A DNA stretch of 64,000 nt. Source: Candidatus Latescibacterota bacterium (GTDB lineage: Bacteria; Latescibacterota; UBA2968; UBA8231). The stretch is taken from the NCBI GenBank assembly GCA_965248265.1, contig CBDFJF010000001.1, positions 1,728,001 through 1,792,000 on the forward strand, in the 5' to 3' direction. The notes under the pieces are model-generated. The model was given only the letters and a program-made list of their open reading frames with translations. It ran no database searches and was not told the origin of the DNA. The first letter of the stretch is position 1, and every line of letters starts with the position of its first letter. Both the position numbers and the translations under genes were made by a program. Below are positions 56,874 to 64,000 of the stretch, one piece after another.

Positions 56874-59180
56874 TTGGATACTGTTGTGATCGATTACGAA
56901 CCCAACGCGGTCCTGTCGACGGTGGAATACCGGGTCGTCGGCAAACGCCCGGTGCGTCATGACGGGGCCGACAAAGTGACCGGTAAGGCGCGTTACGGGG
57001 CAGATATGGGACTGCCCGGCATGCTCTACGGCGCCATCCTGCGCAGTCCGCACGCCCACGCTCGGATTGTCAGCATCGACACCAGCCGGGCTGAGGCGGC
57101 GGCGGTCAAAGCAGTAGTTACGGCGGCGGACTTTCCTGACCCAGGACCGGCCCCCGGCAGTTTCCAGCTGCTCAACCTGATGGCTCGAGACAAGGTTCAC
57201 TACAAGGGCCATGCGCTGGCGGCTGTGGCAGCGGTGAGTCAGCAAGCGGCGTGGGATGCACTGGCGTTAATCCAGGTCGAATATGAAGCCCTGCCGATCG
57301 TCATCGACGCCGAGGACGCCATGGCGGATGGGGCGACCACGCTGTTCGAAGACCTGCAGGCGATGATGGATCCGGAAAGCGTCGACCTCGAGACCTGGCC
57401 TCCCAATGTGGCCAATCACCTCGAGCAGGAAATCGGTGATGTCACCGAGGGCTTCTCCCGCGCTGAGATCACCGTGGAAAGACACACGCGCACGTGCGCT
57501 GTTCATCAGGGATACATAGAACCCCACGCCGGCACCGCTGTATGGCACGAGGATGGGCGCCTGACCGTCTACAGCAGCAGTCAAGGGCACTTCTCGGTCA
57601 GGGATCTGACCGCCCGGGTATGTGGAGTGCCGGTATCCCAGGTGCGTGCCGTGCCGCTTGAGATCGGCGGCGGTTTTGGCGCCAAGCTGCGGGCTTACGT
57701 CGAACCGGTGGCGGCCTTGCTGGCGCGCAAAGCCGGCGCGGCAGTGAAAATCGTGATGACTCGCGCAGAGGTCTTCGAAGGCACCGGGCCGACCTCGGGA
57801 ACCCGGGTAGAGGTAAAGCTTGGAGCCACTCTCGACGGGCGGATCACGGCCGCGTCGGCACGCCTGGTGTACGAAGCGGGCGGCTTTCCCGGATCATCCG
57901 TCGGCGGTGGAGTCCGTGGCATATTCTCGCCCTACGACATCCCCAACGCCCGCATCGAGGGTTTTGACGTCGTCGTCAACCGGCCAAAAACATCGGCGTA
58001 TCGTGCCCCGGGCACTCCCGCGGCCGCCTTTGCCATGGAAACAGCCCTGGACGAGTTGGCCGAGCGCCTCGACATGGATCCGCTCGAGTTGCGCCTGAAA
58101 AACTGCGCTCGCGAGGGCACCCGTCTCGTGTCCGGAGTACAGCTGCCGAAGGTCGGCTTCACGGAAGTGCTCGAAGCGGCGCGTGCGCACCCACATTACA
58201 GCGCCCCCCTCGAAGGTCCGTGGCGCGGTCGCGGTGTCGCCAGCGGCTACTGGAGCAACGGCAGCGGCCCCTCGAGTGCGGTGGCTGTCGTTCACCCGGA
58301 CGGCACCGTCCACCTGGCAGAGGGCTCTCCCGACATCGGCGGCTCTCGCACCGCCGTGGCACAGCAGTTCGCCGAGACCCTGGGTATCGCTGTCGAGGAT
58401 GTCCATCCGGAGGTCGTCGACACCGACTCAGTGGGGTTCACCTCGAACACCGGCGGCAGCGGCGTCGCCTTCAAGACCGGGTTCGCCGCGATCACGGCAG
58501 CCGAGGACATCAAGGGGCAGCTGATCCAGCGCGCCGCCCTGATCTGGGAGTGCGATGCAAATGAGGTGCATTACCTCGACGGCACTCTGCGGAACAAGGT
58601 TGATCCCAACCGTCAGCTCACGATCCAGGATATCTCCTCGAGGGCGACCGCTACCGGTGGCGCCATAGTCGGCCGCGCCGGCGTTAACCCATCGGGCGCG
58701 GGACCGACCATCGCCACTCACATCGTCGACGTCGAGGTCGATCCGGAAACAGGCAAGGTGACCGTGCTGCGTTATACCGCGTTGCAGGACGCAGGCAAGG
58801 CCATTCACCCCAGCTACGTCGAGGGCCAGATGCAAGGAGCAGTGGCTCAGGGTGTCGGCTGGGCGTTGAACGAAGAGTATTTTACCAACGATGCCGGCGT
58901 CATGGAGAACTCGACATTCCTCGACTATCGGATGCCGACGAGCCTGGACCTGCCCATGATCGACACCGTCATCGTCGAGGTCGCCAATCCCAACCACCCT
59001 TTCGGCGTGCGCGGCGTCGGTGAGGTGCCGATCGTGCCTCCCGTGGCCGCAATGGCAAATGCCATCCACGCCGCCACCGGCGTGCGCCTGAACCAGCTGC
59101 CAATGAAGCCGTCTGCCGTGGTGGCCGCCCTTGCCCGGCGCGACGAGTCGTCAGCCGGGGCTGCCGGCGGAGGCAGCTGA
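56874..59180 (+). CDS. Xanthine dehydrogenase-family molybdopterin-binding subunit
   Basis: DKVTG, LRSPHAHA, GGGFGAK, AYRAPG, EGQMQG, RGVGE. Confidence 0.92.
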   Translation: MDTVVIDYEPNAVLSTVEYRVVGKRPVRHDGADKVTGKARYGADMGLPGMLYGAILRSPHAHARIVSIDTSRAEAAAVKAVVTAADFPDPGPAPGSFQLLNLMARDKVHYKGHALAAVAAVSQQAAWDALALIQVEYEALPIVIDAEDAMADGATTLFEDLQAMMDPESVDLETWPPNVANHLEQEIGDVTEGFSRAEITVERHTRTCAVHQGYIEPHAGTAVWHEDGRLTVYSSSQGHFSVRDLTARVCGVPVSQVRAVPLEIGGGFGAKLRAYVEPVAALLARKAGAAVKIVMTRAEVFEGTGPTSGTRVEVKLGATLDGRITAASARLVYEAGGFPGSSVGGGVRGIFSPYDIPNARIEGFDVVVNRPKTSAYRAPGTPAAAFAMETALDELAERLDMDPLELRLKNCAREGTRLVSGVQLPKVGFTEVLEAARAHPHYSAPLEGPWRGRGVASGYWSNGSGPSSAVAVVHPDGTVHLAEGSPDIGGSRTAVAQQFAETLGIAVEDVHPEVVDTDSVGFTSNTGGSGVAFKTGFAAITAAEDIKGQLIQRAALIWECDANEVHYLDGTLRNKVDPNRQLTIQDISSRATATGGAIVGRAGVNPSGAGPTIATHIVDVEVDPETGKVTVLRYTALQDAGKAIHPSYVEGQMQGAVAQGVGWALNEEYFTNDAGVMENSTFLDYRMPTSLDLPMIDTVIVEVANPNHPFGVRGVGEVPIVPPVAAMANAIHAATGVRLNQLPMKPSAVVAALARRDESSAGAAGGGS

Positions 59181-59185
59181 ACATC

Positions 59186-59455
59186 GTGGCCCTGGTCTGG
59201 ATCCCGCCTCGGCTACAGCCGCTCACCGAGGGCCGCAAGCAGGTCGAGGTCTCAGGATCGACCGTGCGCCAGATCATCGACGCGCTCGATGATCACTTCC
59301 CCGGACTCAAAGCCAAACTCTACGATGCTGAGCGCGACAGCCTGGTCCGCGGCATCGCGGTCACAGTCGATGCCATGACCAGTGAGGTGGGCTTGCTGGA
59401 GAAGGTCGGCGAGGACAGTGAAGTGCACTTCCTTGCCGCCATCGCAGGTGGTTGA
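59186..59455 (+). CDS. MoaD/ThiS sulfur-carrier protein
   Basis: Ubiquitin-like length, C-terminal AIAGG. Confidence 0.88.
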   Translation: MALVWIPPRLQPLTEGRKQVEVSGSTVRQIIDALDDHFPGLKAKLYDAERDSLVRGIAVTVDAMTSEVGLLEKVGEDSEVHFLAAIAGG

Positions 59456-59456
59456 G

Positions 59457-61091
59457 ATGACGGCAGCCGACCTCCTCGTCGACGAACTGAAGGCCCGAGG
59501 CGTTCCCTTCATCTCCACCCTCAATGGCCATGGACTGGATCCCTTCTACCTGGCGTGCCGCCGCGCCGGCATGCGCATGATCGATGTGCGCAACGAACAG
59601 GCGGCCAGTTACATGGCCGAAGTGACCGGCCGGCTCAGTCGTTGTGTCGGTGTTTGTGCGGTCAGCGGCGCCGTCGCCCACGCCAACGGCCTTACCGGGG
59701 TGCTCAATGCCTGGTTCGACGGGGCTCCCATGCTGTTGATTACTGGTATGACCCCGCTGGCTCGTCTGGGGTATGGCGATTTCCAGGACTTCAATCCGGT
59801 GCCGATGGCGTCCCCGATTTGCAAGTACGCCCGGGTCATCGACGTCCCAGAATTGACCAGGCAGATCGTCCACGAGGCGTTCGAGGCGGCGACCTCCGGC
59901 CGCCCCGGCCCGGTTCATCTGGCGTTGCCAATGGACGTGGCCGCAGCTGAGGTCGATGACGCGCAGATTCCGCAGTCGAGAGTCAGAAGTGGTCAGGTCC
60001 GTCCTGGTGGCGCAGCCGAGCAAGTCCTGATCGAAGATGCCGTCCAACGGTTGCTTCGCTCAAAACGCCCCGTCCTGATCGCCGGCAGCGGCGTATACTA
60101 CTCGCGAGGCGAGACCGTGCTGGCCGACTTCATGCGCCAGCAACAGATCCCAACTCTGGTACCCAACTGGGACCGGGGCAGCATTGTCGGTCGGCTGGAG
60201 CCCTTCGTGGGGGTCGTCGGCTCAGCTTCGGGCAGTCCCGCCATATTGCCGGATGCCGATCTCGTCATCCTGGCCGGGGTTGAGTTCGACTATCGCATCG
60301 GACAGCTCGATCCGCCCACGGTCAGCGCGGACGCCGATATCATCCGGATCCATGCGGATGCATCTCGTTTACGCCAGGGCTCCGATGCTGGATTGTCGAT
60401 TCAGGCCTCGCCGGCCGTTGCCCTGGATCAGCTGACCCGGGCGTGTCTCGAGTTGCCGTGTCCGCCTTGCGGCGAGTGGCTGGCCGAGGCAAAGCAGCGA
60501 CGCAACGACTTCCGTGAGCGATGCCGCGTCGCTGCCGACAAGCTTCCTCCGGGGATTTCAGGACGCGATGTGGTGGATGTACTTGCCAATGTCCTCACGG
60601 ACGATACGGTCGTCCTTGTCGATGGCGGCAACATAGGACAATGGTTTCACCAGCTCCTGGACCGCTACCCTGGCCACTGGGTCAGCTGCGGAGCCAGCGG
60701 CGTCATCGGCTGGGGCTTGCCCGGCGCGATGGCGGCCCGCGCCCTGTACCCGGAACGCCCAGTGATCCTGCTCTCCGGCGATGGCTCCTTCACCTTCACG
60801 GTCGCTGAATTGGAATGCGCGGCACGGCAGAGGTTATCGTTCGTGGCCGTGGTTGCCGACGATGAGTGTTGGGGCATATCGGTGACCGGCCAGCAGCAGC
60901 GTTACGGCGAACCGCTCTACAGCGACCTTGGACCGACGCGACTGGATCTGGTCGCCGAGGGCTTCGGGTGCCGCGGCGTCAGAGTCGAACAGATCGACCT
61001 CCTTCAGGATGAGATCGAAGCAGGGCTTGCAGCTGATCGGCCGACAGTTATCCAGGTCCCCATCGTGCATGGTGGACCGGGTGGCCAGTGA
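59457..61091 (+). CDS. Thiamine pyrophosphate-binding enzyme (acetolactate synthase/oxalyl-CoA decarboxylase-like)
   Basis: VRNEQAA, GRPGPVHL, GDGSF TPP motif. Confidence 0.9.
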   Translation: MTAADLLVDELKARGVPFISTLNGHGLDPFYLACRRAGMRMIDVRNEQAASYMAEVTGRLSRCVGVCAVSGAVAHANGLTGVLNAWFDGAPMLLITGMTPLARLGYGDFQDFNPVPMASPICKYARVIDVPELTRQIVHEAFEAATSGRPGPVHLALPMDVAAAEVDDAQIPQSRVRSGQVRPGGAAEQVLIEDAVQRLLRSKRPVLIAGSGVYYSRGETVLADFMRQQQIPTLVPNWDRGSIVGRLEPFVGVVGSASGSPAILPDADLVILAGVEFDYRIGQLDPPTVSADADIIRIHADASRLRQGSDAGLSIQASPAVALDQLTRACLELPCPPCGEWLAEAKQRRNDFRERCRVAADKLPPGISGRDVVDVLANVLTDDTVVLVDGGNIGQWFHQLLDRYPGHWVSCGASGVIGWGLPGAMAARALYPERPVILLSGDGSFTFTVAELECAARQRLSFVAVVADDECWGISVTGQQQRYGEPLYSDLGPTRLDLVAEGFGCRGVRVEQIDLLQDEIEAGLAADRPTVIQVPIVHGGPGGQ

Positions 61092-61120
61092 CGAGCCGCG
61101 TTTCTGACGCCGCCGAACTC

Positions 61121-61693
61121 CTACTTGCCCTTGTCGACGACGAGGCTGAGGTTGACGTTGCGCAGTGGCAGGAACACACCCAGGTAGTGCTCCATCATCT
61201 TGGACTTTTTTGCCAGCCGAAAAAGTGCCCGCGCTAACGGTCCGGGCCGGATGCCAAAACAGTCGAGGCTTCCGGCCGCAATCGTAAACGGAATCGGCGG
61301 CACACTCTGGGCAAAGTAGCCGTAGGTAGCGCCGTACTTCGTGGTCGGATCGAAGTGATCGAATGCCCTGCAACCGAGAAACTTGCGGTGGGTGATATCG
61401 TTGTGAGCACCCGGCGAGCTGTAGTGCGGGAAGCGCACCGTGACGAGTGCCTGATCAGTGGCAACACGGTGAATTTCCTCAAGCAAGGCAGCGATGTCGG
61501 AGACGTGTTCGACAAAGTCCTGCAGGTTGATGCGGGTGAAGGAGCCGTCTCTGAAAGGGATGTGTGTGCCCGGATCATAGCAGTAGCGCACGTCGATGCC
61601 GGAAAGACTGGGATGCATGTCGACACCGATGGAGCCGGGCAACTTGCTCTGCCCGCATCCCAAATCGAGTATGCGTTCTGCTGTTTGTGACAT
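61121..61693 (-). CDS. Class I SAM-dependent methyltransferase
   Basis: ILDLGCG, VEH...EEIHRV, D.TH motif. Confidence 0.82.
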   Translation of the reverse strand: MSQTAERILDLGCGQSKLPGSIGVDMHPSLSGIDVRYCYDPGTHIPFRDGSFTRINLQDFVEHVSDIAALLEEIHRVATDQALVTVRFPHYSSPGAHNDITHRKFLGCRAFDHFDPTTKYGATYGYFAQSVPPIPFTIAAGSLDCFGIRPGPLARALFRLAKKSKMMEHYLGVFLPLRNVNLSLVVDKGK

Positions 61694-61957
61694 GCTGCTT
61701 CCCTTTGACTCGTGCGATTGACGAGCCCCTCGTGTTTCAGAGTGTGACAACCGCCTGATTCGGTCAAGGTCGCATCGAACGCAGTCTCATCCCTCGCTCC
61801 CAGATGCCTTATATTTTGCGGGAACCGGCATTCCGATAGTACGTGTCCGGAGTAACCCCTTGCTAAAAGGCACCTCCAAATGATCGCAATTCAAGAGCCC
61901 TCCGCGGGCTCGCCGTCCATTCACTTCTTCACGTGCTGGTAGTCGTGTCAGGACCCG

Positions 61958-63520
61958 GTGACATTGCCCACCGTTGACACCCAGACACACGCATCTCGCG
62001 AAGAGCTGGACGCGGACATAAGCGACCTGACCCGAGGCTCGCTGGTCACCTTCGTCGGCAAGTTGGGACGCCTGTCTAGGGGGGCCTTCATCTGGGTCAT
62101 TACTCTGCTGTGCGGAACCGAGGTGCAGGGTCTGTATTCCGCCGCATGGGGTTTGGTCTCAACCGTAAACCGAGTTGCTCACTTCGGCATGGAGCGTGGC
62201 GTCGTTCGTTTCCTGACAGCTGCCAGACGCGGCGACGGTGACGAGGGGGAAAGCGCCGTCATAGGTGCAGCGCTTCGAATCGGATTGACGGCCAGCATAC
62301 TCACATCGCTAACCTTGTTTCTGACAGCAGACTACCTGGAAGCCTATTTCGACGAACCTATCGGCACTGCCATATTGATTGTCGCATTCACGGCACCATT
62401 TACGGCGTTAACCGGTATTTTCGTCGCCGCCACGCGCGCCTTACGGATCATGCGCTACGATGTATACGTCACGTCCATTGCCGGCCCGCTCATTCTCCTG
62501 GTTGGCGGTGTCGCGGCCGGACTGACTGGAGCGGGGTTGCACGGTGTGATGTACGCTCAGCTCGCCATGACCATTGGAGCATGTCTGTTATCGGTCGTGT
62601 ATTTTCGTCACTTCTTCCGGTTGGGGGCTTCTGTTCGTCGCATCTGGAATACTCCATGGCGTCCACTTGCCAGCTTCTCTTCTCCGGTCATGCTCGCCGA
62701 TGTGTTGTCGGGAATCCTGACTCAACTCGACGGGATCATGTTGTTGAAGATGGCATCTGCCCACGATGTGGGCATCTTCGTGTTGGCACGGCGACTGGCG
62801 AGCACGATGCTCAAACCGTTGCAGTCGGTCGACCCTATTTTCAGCTCTGTGGTCAGCGATCTGTCGGCCGGCGGCAAGCACGCCGAACTCCAGCATCGCT
62901 TCGGGGTCGTATCCAGATGGGTCCTCATCATCAATCTGCCGATTCTGGCGATTCTGCTACTGATAGGCTACGAGCTGCTACCGCTGGTAGATAAGACAGG
63001 CCAGATGGCCGGGATGGCCGATGTCGAACTGGGTTTCTCAATCCTGCTAGTTCTGTGCGTCGGCATGCTGATTCAGGGTATCTACGGAATTGCCGAACCG
63101 CTGATCGCCATGTGCGGCCGGCCGCAACTCAACCTCTACAACAACATCGTCTGGTTGATCGCCAACTTCGGTCTCAATCTTTGGCTGATCTCTGCGTACG
63201 GGATCATGGGTGCTGCGATCGGAGCGACTGTGGCCGTCGTGCTCGTAAACATCATTCGGGTCCTGCAGCTGTACTGGATACAGAAGTTCAAACCATTCGA
63301 CAGAACACAGCTCAAGCCTGTCTTCGCTGCCGCCTCGAGTGGCCTGCTCACATGGCTGGTGTCAGCCCAGCTTCCCTCTGGCGTCCTTTGGGCCGTAGCC
63401 ACCCTGCTTTTGTTTCTCGCTTCCTATTTGCTGGTGCTGCGGGCACTGGGACTGGAAGAAGAGGACAGGCTGGCAATGAGCCGAATCCGCGAACGTCTGC
63501 GCCGGAGTCCTCCCAAATGA
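61958..63520 (+). CDS. Oligosaccharide flippase (Wzx/MATE-like)
   Basis: Many TM segments, NFGLNLWLISAYGIMGAAI motif; precedes a glycosyltransferase. Confidence 0.85.
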   Translation: MTLPTVDTQTHASREELDADISDLTRGSLVTFVGKLGRLSRGAFIWVITLLCGTEVQGLYSAAWGLVSTVNRVAHFGMERGVVRFLTAARRGDGDEGESAVIGAALRIGLTASILTSLTLFLTADYLEAYFDEPIGTAILIVAFTAPFTALTGIFVAATRALRIMRYDVYVTSIAGPLILLVGGVAAGLTGAGLHGVMYAQLAMTIGACLLSVVYFRHFFRLGASVRRIWNTPWRPLASFSSPVMLADVLSGILTQLDGIMLLKMASAHDVGIFVLARRLASTMLKPLQSVDPIFSSVVSDLSAGGKHAELQHRFGVVSRWVLIINLPILAILLLIGYELLPLVDKTGQMAGMADVELGFSILLVLCVGMLIQGIYGIAEPLIAMCGRPQLNLYNNIVWLIANFGLNLWLISAYGIMGAAIGATVAVVLVNIIRVLQLYWIQKFKPFDRTQLKPVFAAASSGLLTWLVSAQLPSGVLWAVATLLLFLASYLLVLRALGLEEEDRLAMSRIRERLRRSPPK

Positions 63521-64000
63521 GAATCTGCCTGGACGCCCGCCAGATTCGCCGTTACCCGACCGGCCTGGGCAGCTATGCCAGGTACCTGGTCCAGCATCTG
63601 GCAGCCATCGACGATGACCATGACTACGTCGTCCTGCGCCACGACGCAGATTCCCCTGTCGTCGAAAAGCACAATTTCACGGAGATCACCCTTCCCTACA
63701 CCATCTTCACCTTGCGCAACATGCTCGCTGGAGCAGGTGCGGTGCACCGCGTCGAGGCCGACATCTACCACTCCCTGTTCCACTTCCTACCACTCGGAGG
63801 CGGATTGCCGAGAACGGTCGTAACGCTGCACGACCTCATCGCCGTCGAACACAGCAAGCTGTCACTCGACTCTCCAGCGAAACGGTGGTGGAAGAGCAAC
63901 TGCGTGCGTCCTCTGCTGCGTCATGCTCTCAGCAAGGCGGACCACATCGTGGCTGATTCTGATAGCACGCGCAGTGCGGCGCTGGCTCGCTACCAGCTGG
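63517..64000 (+). CDS. Glycosyltransferase family 4, truncated by window end
   Basis: MRICLDAR...TGLGSYARYLV...VVTLHDL...ADHIVADS..T; ATGA overlap with flippase. Confidence 0.85.
   Translation, partial: MRICLDARQIRRYPTGLGSYARYLVQHLAAIDDDHDYVVLRHDADSPVVEKHNFTEITLPYTIFTLRNMLAGAGAVHRVEADIYHSLFHFLPLGGGLPRTVVTLHDLIAVEHSKLSLDSPAKRWWKSNCVRPLLRHALSKADHIVADSDSTRSAALARYQL

Noticed and set aside
56874-59180. Aerobic CO dehydrogenase CoxL
   Set aside because: The loop is AYRAPG, not AYxCSFR (form I) or AYRGAGR (form II), and no coxMS is adjacent.

Overview
GC-rich bacterial chromosome segment of a heterotroph. The C-terminal 'DFDGDG..FxDFFLF' dockerin/EF-hand-like repeat and the many PhyH and enolase paralogs suggest a Latescibacterota/Gemmatimonadota-like lineage (inference). 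Most of the window is catabolic and housekeeping genes: peptide ABC ATPases, PfkB kinases, MR/MLE enolases, galE, rnr, a YfiR-histidine kinase pair, dpaL, yiaK, an XDH-family molybdoenzyme, and the start of a polysaccharide locus. Two features stand out. (1) At 26.2-34.9 kb there is an integron-like platform. An intact tyrosine recombinase that lacks the IntI-specific insertion lies divergent from a hairpin-containing primary site (crossover G27323) and an array of about 7 gene cassettes. The cassettes are separated by non-canonical, cloverleaf-shaped attC-like sites, and the R'/R'' boxes at the two ends of a cassette are complementary. The array holds two self-promoted TA cassettes, an IS481 element next to one site, and increasingly decayed distal cassettes. 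(2) At 45.2-45.9 kb a secreted thioredoxin-fold protein is split by an in-frame UGA in a UxxC motif with a SECIS-like hairpin, a probable selenoprotein in a TlpA / DUF6029-like operon. No rRNA, tRNA or CRISPR array was seen. All calls come from motif reading only; no database searches were run.
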